Shown here: piece by piece, positions 41,760 to 49,880 of the stretch | Position numbering within the stretch: the first letter of the stretch is position 1 | Layout of the letters: each line of letters opens with the position of its first letter | Source: Gammaproteobacteria bacterium | GTDB taxonomy: Bacteria > Pseudomonadota > Gammaproteobacteria > Pseudomonadales > Pseudohongiellaceae | Assembly (NCBI GenBank): GCA_009844085.1 | Contig: VYCF01000007.1 | Span: forward strand, 1,746-65,745 | DNA: 64,000 bases | Reading direction: 5' to 3' | The notes under the pieces: model-generated | The model's database searches: none | Seen by the model: only the letters and a program-made list of their open reading frames with translations | What the model was told of the DNA's origin: nothing | Translations under genes and position numbers: made by a program

Positions 41760-42668
41760 CTACTTGTCTTCCTCGAGTATTTCCCGAAGAGAAGTATCCG
41801 CCGCCTCGACGATGCGGGACAATTCGCCGCGAAGTCCTTCATCCATCGGCTGGAAGGGAGGTCTGACCGGCCCGCCTGGACGGCCGAACAATTCACAGGC
41901 GTACTTGACGCTTTGCAGGAACTTGCCGCCTTTCTCAAGGCAGATCATGAGCGGCAGCAAGGCGGAAGTCATTCTGCGGCCTTTATCGAAATCTCCTTCC
42001 AGCACGCAGGTCTCGTAAAGGCGCACGGCCTCGCGGGGAAAGAAGTTGGCCACCACCGACACCCAACTGCGCGCGCCCCAGGCGAAAAACTCGAGCACAA
42101 GGTCTTCCGAGCCGGCGCTGAGCTGGAGTTCGGGATACTCGCGCGCCAGCATCTGGATGCGCTCGACCTCGCCGCTCGATTCCTTGATCGCCTGGAAATT
42201 GGCGCTTCCGGCGATGCGGTCGAGGAAGTCCCGCTCCATGTTGACGCCGGTCCGGCCGGGATAGTTGTAGAGGATGATCGGCAAGCCGGCGGCGCGGTCG
42301 ATCTGCAGGCAATGCCAGGCGAGTTCTTCCTGGCCCGGCAGTCCGTAAGGCGGCGCCGCGACAAGCAGCGCATCGGCGCCTGCGTCCCGCGCCGCCGCCG
42401 CCAACTCGTAGCAGCGTTCGACGAGCAGGTCATTGACGCCGGCGACCACGGGGAGCCGTCCCGCGGCGCGCTCCACCGCGAATCTGAACTGCTCGATCCG
42501 CTCTTCCTGCGTCAGGGAGAAGAATTCGCCCGTCGAGCCGCCGACGATTATGGCGTGAACGCCATTTTCCGCCTGCCAGTCTATGATTCGCCCGTAAGCA
42601 TCGAAGTCGATCGACAGATCGTCCCTGAACGGCGTGATGATTGGCGTGTAGATCCCTTCGAATTGCAT
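41760..42668 (-). CDS. Dihydrodipicolinate synthase/N-acetylneuraminate lyase family protein; candidate pyrroline-4-hydroxy-2-carboxylate deaminase
   Basis: ATG 42666-42668 preceded by GAGGGGG. GIYTPIITPF, VGGSTGEFFSLT, LYNYPGRTG. The Schiff-base Lys context AIKESSG is present. Confidence 0.8.
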   Translation of the reverse strand: MQFEGIYTPIITPFRDDLSIDFDAYGRIIDWQAENGVHAIIVGGSTGEFFSLTQEERIEQFRFAVERAAGRLPVVAGVNDLLVERCYELAAAARDAGADALLVAAPPYGLPGQEELAWHCLQIDRAAGLPIILYNYPGRTGVNMERDFLDRIAGSANFQAIKESSGEVERIQMLAREYPELQLSAGSEDLVLEFFAWGARSWVSVVANFFPREAVRLYETCVLEGDFDKGRRMTSALLPLMICLEKGGKFLQSVKYACELFGRPGGPVRPPFQPMDEGLRGELSRIVEAADTSLREILEEDK

Positions 42669-42822
42669 GATTCCCCCTCGGCGGCGGGCAATTCCCGCCA
42701 AGGTCGAAGTATAAGATTTATTGCATCCATTGGCAGCGCTGCTTGACCGGATTGGGACCTGGCCGCATAATGAACCGTTGACTTGGCGGGCTCGTCCGCG
42801 TTGGGCGGCTGGCATAGAGCAT

Positions 42823-43125
42823 ATGCGAAACGAAATCAGTGTAGCAGCCAGAGACCGGTTCCGGTCATTGCCGCTGACTGCCGTTATTTGCCTGCTGCTG
42901 CTGTTCGTGCAAGGCGCGGCGCTTGCCCACAGCCACGAAAACGATCCGCAAGTTCGCTACGACTGCGACATCTGCCTCAAAATCGGTTCAAGCACCGACG
43001 TCATCGCGACGGGCCATGTCGACACTTCTGTTTCCCCGGTTCGGCATGAATGGCTCGACGTCAGAGTTGAGTTGCCGTTCCTGCCGCTGCTCGACATTCG
43101 CTCCAGAGCGCCTCCCCAGGCCTGA
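42823..43125 (+). CDS. Small membrane-anchored CxxC protein (DUF2946-like), copy 1
   Basis: 100 aa, with one N-terminal TM segment followed by His residues (LLLLFVQGAALAHSHEN), a CDIC motif and a C-terminal RAPPQA. A paralog with the same layout precedes the second receptor. Confidence 0.55.
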   Translation: MRNEISVAARDRFRSLPLTAVICLLLLFVQGAALAHSHENDPQVRYDCDICLKIGSSTDVIATGHVDTSVSPVRHEWLDVRVELPFLPLLDIRSRAPPQA

Positions 43126-43241
43126 TAAACAGTTTTCAGAACCCGTCCCGGCGTGTCCCGCCGCGCCCAGTTGCGACAGGCCCCGGCAACCTGACCGAGA
43201 CGGCACACCGGTTTATCAGTTATCAATCCCTGGGGAATGCA

Positions 43242-45545
43242 ATGAACAGTCAACGCAAGAAACTATCAGCCGCCATCAGTCTGGCGCTGGCCGTCGGCTA
43301 TACCGGCGGCGCGCTCGCGCAAGAAGAAGCCGACCACGTTGAAGATCAGATCGTGGAAATCGTGGTAACCGCGGCGTTCCAGGAATCGGAGGCGGATACG
43401 GCAATGCCAGTGGGCGTACTGTCCGGCGAGGCGTTGCGGGAAAAAATCGGCAACAGTCTCGGGGATACGCTGAAGAACGAAATCGGCATTGCAAATGCCT
43501 CTTTCGGACCCGGAGTGGGGCATCCCGTTATTCGCGGTCAATCCGGGAACCGCGTGAAAATCCTGCAAAATGGAGTCGGTGTTACCGATGCGTCTAGCAT
43601 CAGCGCCGACCATCCCATCGCTGTCAGCACGTCGCTGGCAGAACGATTGGAAGTTATTCGCGGCCCCTCGTCCCTGCTTTATGGCAGCGGCGCCATCGGC
43701 GGCGTCGTCAATGTCATCGACAACCGGATTCCCGAGAGCTTGCCGGAAGAGCCGGCTTTCGTCGTACAGCAAAGCCACAACACCGTAGGTTCCCAGGACG
43801 ATACCCTGATCCGGGTCGACGGCTCGACGGGCAACGTGGCTTTCCATCTCGACGCGTTCAGGAGCAGCAACGACAAAGTTGAGATCAGCGGCTACGCCAT
43901 CGACGAGGAAGCCGTCGAAGTGCTTGAGGAACTCATTCACGAACACCTTGAAGAACATCATGACGAAGAAGATCACCACGACGAAGAAGATCACCACGAC
44001 GAAGACGAACATCACGACGAAGACGAGCACGGACACGAAGAAGAGGAACTGGAAAACACCAATGGCTTCATAGGAAATTCCGATGCCGAGTCCAACGGCG
44101 GCAGTTTCGGATTTTCGTTCGTCGGCGATCGCGGATTCATCGGCTTTTCGGCAAGCGAGGTCGAGGACAATTTCGGCATCCCTCTCGGTGCGCATGTCCA
44201 TGCGCATGAAGAAGAGGAACATCACGACGAAGAAGAGGAGCATCACGACGAGGAAGAGCACCACGACGAAGAGGAACACGAAGACGAGGAGAGCCACGGC
44301 CACGCGGAAGAAGTTGAATTCATCCGCGCCGACTCGAAAAAGACTCGCTACGACATAAAGGGCGAACTACGGTTCGACGAAGGTTGGATCGAGAGCGTTC
44401 GGGCCACGGCGGGATTCAGCGACTACTTGCTTAACGAAGTCGAAGTGTTCGAAGACGGCGACCGTGCGGTGGGAACGAGTTTTTCCAACGAAGGCTCCGA
44501 AGGCCGCATCACCTTGACGCATGTTCCGGTCGGAAACTGGACCGGCGTTTGGGGTTTGCAATACACGGATACGGTATTCAGCGCAACCGGCGAGGAGGCA
44601 TTTATTCCGCAGTCCGACATCAATGCGCTGGGAATCTTCGGCGTGGAGCGATACTCGGGCGCGAACTGGACCGGCGAAATCGGTATTCGATTCGAGGACA
44701 ACAGCGTCGACCCGAACGGCCGCTGCGAGCAAAGCGGAAATACCGCGAGCGTCAGCGGCAGTGTGCTCTACGATGTGGGCAACGACGCGAATCTGTTGTT
44801 CTCGGCGGCCCGCTCGGAACGGGCGCCCACGGTCGAAGAACTCTTTTCCAACGTATCCTCGGACACCTGCGCTAGCTATGTCGATTACGAAGATCTGGTG
44901 CTGCATGCATCGAGTTCCTTGCTTGAGATTGGCAATCCATTGCTGGAAGAAGAGACTTCCAGCAATCTGGAGTTCGGGTATCGCCGTTTCGGGGGCAACT
45001 TCACCGGCGAGTTCAGCGCCTACCACAACCAGATCAATAATTACATTTATCTCGATCTCACGGGCGAGGAATTCGAAGGGCAGCGGCTTGCCTCCTATCT
45101 CGCCAGAGATGCAAGCTTTACTGGTATTGAAGGCGAGGTTTCCTTCAACGTCATGGAAGGCGAGGATTCGTCTCTGGCCCTCGGCGTATTCGGCGATATG
45201 GTGAACGCCGAATTCGATTCCGGCGGTTACGTCCCGCGCATCCCGGCTTCCAAGATCGGCGCCGAACTGCGCTGGTTCGGGGATAACTGGAGCATTCACC
45301 TGCACGCCACTCGCGTAAACGAGCAGGAAGACGTGGCCGAACTCGAGTTGCCCACCGACGGTTACACCTTGCTTTCGCTTTACGCCGACTACCATTTCGA
45401 CGTAGGCGAGGACAGCAGCCTTGAGGTGTTCCTACGCGGAGAAAATCTGCTCGATGAGGAAATCCGCAATCACGCGTCCTTCCTGAAGAACTACGCGCCC
45501 GAACCGGGCCGCGGCTTGATGGTCGGAGTCCGATTTGAGTACTGA
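43242..45545 (+). CDS. TonB-dependent receptor with two His/Asp/Glu-rich inserts (ZnuD-like), copy 1
   Basis: Signal peptide and plug (PVIRGQSGNRVKILQNGVGVTD, LEVIRGPSSLLYGSGAIGGVVNVI). Inserts HEHLEEHHDEEDHHDEEDHHDEDEHHDEDEHGHEEEE and HVHAHEEEEHHDEEEEHHDEEEHHDEEEHEDEESHGH. The barrel ends in ...GVRFEY. Confidence 0.9.
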   Translation: MNSQRKKLSAAISLALAVGYTGGALAQEEADHVEDQIVEIVVTAAFQESEADTAMPVGVLSGEALREKIGNSLGDTLKNEIGIANASFGPGVGHPVIRGQSGNRVKILQNGVGVTDASSISADHPIAVSTSLAERLEVIRGPSSLLYGSGAIGGVVNVIDNRIPESLPEEPAFVVQQSHNTVGSQDDTLIRVDGSTGNVAFHLDAFRSSNDKVEISGYAIDEEAVEVLEELIHEHLEEHHDEEDHHDEEDHHDEDEHHDEDEHGHEEEELENTNGFIGNSDAESNGGSFGFSFVGDRGFIGFSASEVEDNFGIPLGAHVHAHEEEEHHDEEEEHHDEEEHHDEEEHEDEESHGHAEEVEFIRADSKKTRYDIKGELRFDEGWIESVRATAGFSDYLLNEVEVFEDGDRAVGTSFSNEGSEGRITLTHVPVGNWTGVWGLQYTDTVFSATGEEAFIPQSDINALGIFGVERYSGANWTGEIGIRFEDNSVDPNGRCEQSGNTASVSGSVLYDVGNDANLLFSAARSERAPTVEELFSNVSSDTCASYVDYEDLVLHASSSLLEIGNPLLEEETSSNLEFGYRRFGGNFTGEFSAYHNQINNYIYLDLTGEEFEGQRLASYLARDASFTGIEGEVSFNVMEGEDSSLALGVFGDMVNAEFDSGGYVPRIPASKIGAELRWFGDNWSIHLHATRVNEQEDVAELELPTDGYTLLSLYADYHFDVGEDSSLEVFLRGENLLDEEIRNHASFLKNYAPEPGRGLMVGVRFEY

Positions 45546-45569
45546 TTCGGCAAGCTTTAGAGCCTTTGA

Positions 45570-45601
45570 GGAACAGTCCCGCCGTGCGGCGGGACTGTTC
45601 C
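45570..45601 (+). terminator. GC-rich hairpin after receptor copy 1 (no clear T-tract)
   Basis: GGAACAGTCCCGCC-GTGC-GGCGGGACTGTTCC. Its core is homologous to the hairpin after copy 2. Confidence 0.45.
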
Positions 45602-45611
45602 TGAGTCTGGC

Positions 45612-45902
45612 ATGACGATTGATCAATTTCTAGCCCCGGCGCGCGTAGTCCGCGTCTGCCTGCTGCTGATTGTCGCCCAGGTCTCCCTGCTGGGGCACAT
45701 TGACGAAATTGACGAATCGGAATCGGTTGAGGAGTGCGAACTTTGCCTGCTGCTCAACGCTTGTGACGATTTCATCGAGGCCGGGTCCGCAAGAAAACCC
45801 ATTCCTGCTGCGTCGCCTCAACAGCTTGAACATTCGATTGAATCTCCTTCCCTTTCATTGCCTGTCCCGCAGGCGAGAGGCCCTCCCCAGGCCCGAACTT
45901 GA
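45612..45902 (+). CDS. Small membrane-anchored CxxC protein (DUF2946-like), copy 2
   Basis: 96 aa, with an N-terminal TM segment followed by His (LLLIVAQVSLLGHIDE), a CELC motif and a C-terminal RGPPQA. Confidence 0.55.
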   Translation: MTIDQFLAPARVVRVCLLLIVAQVSLLGHIDEIDESESVEECELCLLLNACDDFIEAGSARKPIPAASPQQLEHSIESPSLSLPVPQARGPPQART

Positions 45903-46025
45903 CAAGCAGTTTACAGTTTTAAGATTACCCGTCCCGGCATCCCGCCAGACGCCGGTTGCCGGCGTCGGCAGCCGGACCGAGACGGCAAATTCCTGTTAGT
46001 CAGTTATCAAATTCTGGGGAATGCA

Positions 46026-48350
46026 ATGAACATCAAGTGCAAGATTCCGGCAATACAACGGAAGAAATTACCAGCCGCCATCGGTTTGGCGCTGGCGGTC
46101 GGCTGTGCCGGCGGCGCGTTCGCGCAAGAAAGTGCCGGCCAAAATGAAGATCGAATTACAGAAATCGTAGTCACCTCGCTGTTCCAGGAATCGGAGGCGG
46201 AAACGGCAATGCCGGTTGGCGTTCTCGCCGGAGATGCGTTGCGGGAGCATATCGGCAACAGTCTCGGCGATACGCTCAAGAACGAAATCGGCGTTGCGAG
46301 CGCCTCGTTCGGCACTGGGGTCGGACTTCCGGTGATCCGCGGTCAGTCCGCCAACCGCGTCAAGGTCCTGCAAAACGGCGTCGGCGTTACCGATGTTTCC
46401 AATGCCAGTCCCGACCATGCCAATGCCGTGAACGTGGCGCTGGCGGAACGGCTGGAAGTCATTCGCGGGCCGTCGACCCTGCTGTATGGCAGCAGCGCTA
46501 TCGGCGGCGTCGTCAACGTCATCGACAACCGGATTCCGGAAAGTCTGCCGGAAGACATGGGCTTCGTAGTCCAGCAAATGCACAATACCGTGAATTCCCA
46601 GGACGAAACCCTGATCCACATCGATGGTGCGGTGGGCAACGTGGCTTTTCATCTCGATGCTTACCGGAGCCGCAACGAAAATGTGGAGATCGGCGGCTAC
46701 GCCATGGACGAGGAAGCCATGGAGGCCCTTGAGGAACTGTTTCACGAACACTTCGAAGAAGGGCATCACGACGACGACCACGACGACCACGACGACCACG
46801 ACGACCACGATGATCATGACCATCATGACGACCATGACGAGCGCGAAGGACCAGAAAACACCTTCGGCTACATCGGCAATTCCGATGGCGAGTCTAGCGG
46901 CGGCAGTTTCGGCTTTTCCTTCATTGGCGACAACGGCTTTTTCGGTGTTTCCGCAAGCGAGGTCGAAAAGAACTACGGTCTCCCGCTCGGCGTCCATGCC
47001 CATGTCCATGACCATGGCGAAGAGGAGCATGAAGGGGAGCACGACGAGCACGAGCACGAGGACGAACACGATCACGAGGAAGATGACCACGAGGACGAAC
47101 ACGGCCATGGGGGGGAAGCGGTTGAATTCGTTCGCCTCGACATGAAAAAGAGCCGCTACGATTTCAAGAGCGAATATCGGTTCGACAACGGCTTCATCGA
47201 GAGCGTGCGCGCCACGATGGGCATCACCGATTACGTTCACGACGAGATCGAGTTCTTCGAAGACGGCGACACCCATGTGGGCACCCGCTATAGTAACGAA
47301 GGCAACGAGGGCCGCATAACCTTGACTCATGCCCCCGTGGGCAACTGGACCGGAGTCTGGGGCATGCAGTTCGCGGATACCGTCTTCAGCGCCATCGGCG
47401 AAGAAGCCTTCGTTCCGCAATCCGACCTCAACTCCATCGGTCTTTTCGCGGTCGAGCGCTATAGCGCGGGCAACTGGACCGGCGAAGTCGGCATTCACAT
47501 GGAAGACAACAGGGTCGATCCCAATGGCCGCTGCGAGTTCAACACCAACGCCACGAGCCTGAGCGGCATGGTGCTGTACGATGTGGGCGATGACGCCAAT
47601 CTGTTGTTCGGCGCCGCCCGGTCCCAAAGGGCGCCGGCGGTTGAAGAACTCTATTCCAACGTTTCCGAGCTAACTTGCGCGCCCGAGGACGACTATGAAA
47701 ATCTCGTCTTCCACGCCGGCACGAACACGCTGGATATCGGTAATCCGCTGCTTGAAGCGGAGACTTCCAACAACCTGGAGTTCGGCTATCGTCGACATGG
47801 CGGCAGCTTCACCGGCGAGTTCAACGCCTATTACAATCAGATCGACGACTACATTTTTCTCGATCTGACGGGGGAGTTTGAAGAACAGACTCTCGCCCGG
47901 TATCTGCAGCGGGATGCGCGCTTTACCGGCATCGAAGGCGAGGTTTTCTTCAATGTCATGGAAGGCGGGGATTCGTCCCTGTCGCTCGGCGTGTTCGGCG
48001 ATATGGTGAATGCCGAATTCGATACCGGCGGCTATGTCCCGCGCATCCCGGCATCAAGGCTCGGCGCCGAACTGCGCTGGTCCGGAAATGACTGGAGCGT
48101 CAATCTGCGCGCCACTCGGGTAAACGAGCAGGAAGACGTGGCCGAACTCGAGTTGCCCACCGACGGATACACCCTGCTTTCTCTCTATGCCGACTATCGT
48201 ATCGACGTAGGCGAGGACAGCAGCCTCGAGGTGTTCCTGCGCGGAGAAAATCTGCTCGATGAGGAAATCCGCAATCACGTGTCCCTGTTAAAGAACTACG
48301 CGCCCGAGCCGGGCCGCGGCGTGATTGCTGGAGTTCGTTTCGAATATTGA
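46026..48350 (+). CDS. TonB-dependent receptor with two His/Asp/Glu-rich inserts (ZnuD-like), copy 2
   Basis: Paralog of 43242-45545, sharing long identical blocks. Inserts HEHFEEGHHDDDHDDHDDHDDHDDHDHHDDHDE and HAHVHDHGEEEHEGEHDEHEHEDEHDHEEDDHEDEHGHG. Confidence 0.9.
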   Translation: MNIKCKIPAIQRKKLPAAIGLALAVGCAGGAFAQESAGQNEDRITEIVVTSLFQESEAETAMPVGVLAGDALREHIGNSLGDTLKNEIGVASASFGTGVGLPVIRGQSANRVKVLQNGVGVTDVSNASPDHANAVNVALAERLEVIRGPSTLLYGSSAIGGVVNVIDNRIPESLPEDMGFVVQQMHNTVNSQDETLIHIDGAVGNVAFHLDAYRSRNENVEIGGYAMDEEAMEALEELFHEHFEEGHHDDDHDDHDDHDDHDDHDHHDDHDEREGPENTFGYIGNSDGESSGGSFGFSFIGDNGFFGVSASEVEKNYGLPLGVHAHVHDHGEEEHEGEHDEHEHEDEHDHEEDDHEDEHGHGGEAVEFVRLDMKKSRYDFKSEYRFDNGFIESVRATMGITDYVHDEIEFFEDGDTHVGTRYSNEGNEGRITLTHAPVGNWTGVWGMQFADTVFSAIGEEAFVPQSDLNSIGLFAVERYSAGNWTGEVGIHMEDNRVDPNGRCEFNTNATSLSGMVLYDVGDDANLLFGAARSQRAPAVEELYSNVSELTCAPEDDYENLVFHAGTNTLDIGNPLLEAETSNNLEFGYRRHGGSFTGEFNAYYNQIDDYIFLDLTGEFEEQTLARYLQRDARFTGIEGEVFFNVMEGGDSSLSLGVFGDMVNAEFDTGGYVPRIPASRLGAELRWSGNDWSVNLRATRVNEQEDVAELELPTDGYTLLSLYADYRIDVGEDSSLEVFLRGENLLDEEIRNHVSLLKNYAPEPGRGVIAGVRFEY

Positions 48351-48386
48351 TCCCGTCCAAGCCCATGGACGGCTCAGCGGTATGAG

Positions 48387-48420
48387 AAAAGTCCCGCTTG
48401 ACGGCGGGACTTTTCATTTG
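48387..48420 (+). terminator. Rho-independent terminator after receptor copy 2
   Basis: AAAAGTCCCGC-TTGACG-GCGGGACTTTT followed by CATTT. Confidence 0.65.
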
Positions 48421-48434
48421 GGCTTGAGGCCAAA

Positions 48435-49304
48435 ATGCAGTATGTTTCCCCCGACATGATTTCTCTGTTCGCGCTCAAGATCATCGCCGCGCTTTCGATT
48501 CTCGCGGTGGGTATTCTCGGCGGCATCATTCCCCTGCTGGCCGCGCGGCTGCGGGCAAGCCAGCGGTTCTTTTCCCTCGGCAATGCCCTGGCCGGGGGAA
48601 TATTCCTCGGCGTCGGCTTTACTCATCTGCTGCCCGAAGCCGGGGAAATGCTCGCCGAATTTACCGATTATCCACTGGCTCCGCTATTGGCCGCGGCGGG
48701 GATTGCGATTCTATTATGGATCGACCGGGTCTATTTCGAGTCGATGGGGCCCGCGGAAGGGGAAGAATCCGGCGAACAGCGGCGGCCCCTGTATCCCATG
48801 ATCATGCTCGCCGCGCTGTCGATTCATTCGGTCATCACCGGAATCGCCCTCGGCCTGGAGCCGGAAGTAGCCGCTTCGCTGCTGGTAATGACGGGAATTC
48901 TGGCGCACAAGGGTTCGGCTTCCTTCGCGCTGATGGTCAGCGCCCACGCCGCCGGCCTGAATGCTCCCAATCTGCGCCTGATCCTCGCTGTATTCGTGCT
49001 GATGACTCCGCTCGGAATCCTGTTCGGCACGACGGTGTCCAGCCTGATGCAAGGGGAAAGCGCCGAACTCGTGGAAGGCGTTTTCAATGCCCTGGCCGCG
49101 GGAACTTTCATCTATATCGCCATCATGGACGTGATCGGCGGAGAGATGGGGCGCATCGAAGACCGCATGGCGCGTTTCGTCAGCAGCGCGCTGGTGGGAA
49201 GCGACGATGTCGACATGCCGGTTCGGGACCGCGACCGCCCGCTCAAGTTCCTGCTCGTTCTGATCGGCCTCGGCAGCATGGCGGTACTGGGAATTTGGGT
49301 CTAG
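48435..49304 (+). CDS. ZIP-family divalent-metal (zinc) transporter
   Basis: Eight TM helices. ZIP signature helices (SIHSVITGIALG, ILAHKGSASFAL). Confidence 0.8.
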   Translation: MQYVSPDMISLFALKIIAALSILAVGILGGIIPLLAARLRASQRFFSLGNALAGGIFLGVGFTHLLPEAGEMLAEFTDYPLAPLLAAAGIAILLWIDRVYFESMGPAEGEESGEQRRPLYPMIMLAALSIHSVITGIALGLEPEVAASLLVMTGILAHKGSASFALMVSAHAAGLNAPNLRLILAVFVLMTPLGILFGTTVSSLMQGESAELVEGVFNALAAGTFIYIAIMDVIGGEMGRIEDRMARFVSSALVGSDDVDMPVRDRDRPLKFLLVLIGLGSMAVLGIWV

Positions 49305-49334
49305 GCCGACAGGCGATTCAAGGGGGATTGGCGC

Positions 49335-49865
49335 ATGCTTTACAAACTCGGCGATGCCGAAGTCGAACTTGCCGGCGATGACTGGTTCGTCGCAGAGACT
49401 GCCATTGTTCTGGGCAGAGTGCGGCTCGAAAACAACGCCAGCGTCTGGTATGGCGCGGTGCTTCGCGGCGATAACGATCTGATCACCGTCGGCGAAAATT
49501 CCAACGTACAGGATTTGTCGGTATTGCATACCGACCCGGGCATTCCACTGACCATCGGCCGCAACGTAACCGTGGGGCACAAGGTGATGTTGCATGGCTG
49601 CACGATCGGCGACAATTCCCTCATCGGCATCAATTCGGTCGTGCTCAACGGCGCGAAAATCGGCAGCGACTGCCTGATCGGCGCCAACAGCCTGGTAACC
49701 GAAGGCAAACAGATTCCCGACGGCTCGCTCGCCCTCGGCTCGCCGGTGCGGGTAGTGCGGCAATTAACCGACGAAGAAAAGGCCATGCTGCGCGAAAGCG
49801 CCGACATCTACGTTCGCAACTTCAAGCGCTTCAAACGGGACCTGAAACCCGATCCCCGGACCTGA
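49335..49865 (+). CDS. Gamma-class carbonic anhydrase-like hexapeptide-repeat protein (YrdA/PaaY family)
   Basis: Left-handed beta-helix repeats. Zn-ligand His contexts ([21 protein letters not shown]). Confidence 0.85.
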   Translation: MLYKLGDAEVELAGDDWFVAETAIVLGRVRLENNASVWYGAVLRGDNDLITVGENSNVQDLSVLHTDPGIPLTIGRNVTVGHKVMLHGCTIGDNSLIGINSVVLNGAKIGSDCLIGANSLVTEGKQIPDGSLALGSPVRVVRQLTDEEKAMLRESADIYVRNFKRFKRDLKPDPRT

Positions 49866-49880
49866 TTCCCCGGCCGCCGC

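Larger units (their letters stand above)
42823..48414 (+). repeat. Tandem duplication of a roughly 2.8-kb module (CxxC protein, leader, His-rich receptor, hairpin)
   Basis: Unit 1 is 42823-45601 and unit 2 is 45612-48414. Genes, the intergenic leader and the terminal hairpin core are all paralogous. The receptor 3' ends are nearly identical at the DNA level. Confidence 0.85.

Noticed and set aside
41046-42746. A 566-aa plus-strand ORF spanning the NSS transporter and DHDPS-family genes.
   Set aside because: It crosses two well-supported minus-strand genes and their intergenic gap. The product is Arg/Ala/Gly-rich with no motifs.
42669-43241. A search for Zur or Fur boxes upstream of the CxxC genes, the His-rich receptors, the ZIP gene, and the 21638 receptor.
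   Set aside because: I found only weak GATAA-like fragments (for example TTATCAGTTATCAAT at about 43210). Nothing matches the 19-bp Fur or palindromic Zur consensus convincingly by eye. A genome-specific PWM scan is needed before any operator is claimed.
43126-43241. The possibility that the conserved receptor leader is a cobalamin riboswitch, which is common upstream of TonB receptors.
   Set aside because: I could find neither a B12-box-like element nor the conserved GGGAA/CCGGTGAAA-type core. The leader is also only about 120 nt long.
43937-44312. Regularly spaced short repeats that could superficially suggest a CRISPR array.
   Set aside because: The units are 9-18 nt and contiguous, with no spacers. 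They are in frame within a receptor gene and encode His/Asp/Glu. There are no cas genes in the window.
46068-47627. Long minus-strand ORFs (also 43266-44303 and 44367-45395) with poly-Val/Met/Phe runs inside the His-rich receptors.
   Set aside because: The poly-V/F stretches are simply the reverse-complement reading of the GAC/CAC/GAA repeat codons. The receptor frames have signal peptides, plug motifs and terminal aromatic residues.
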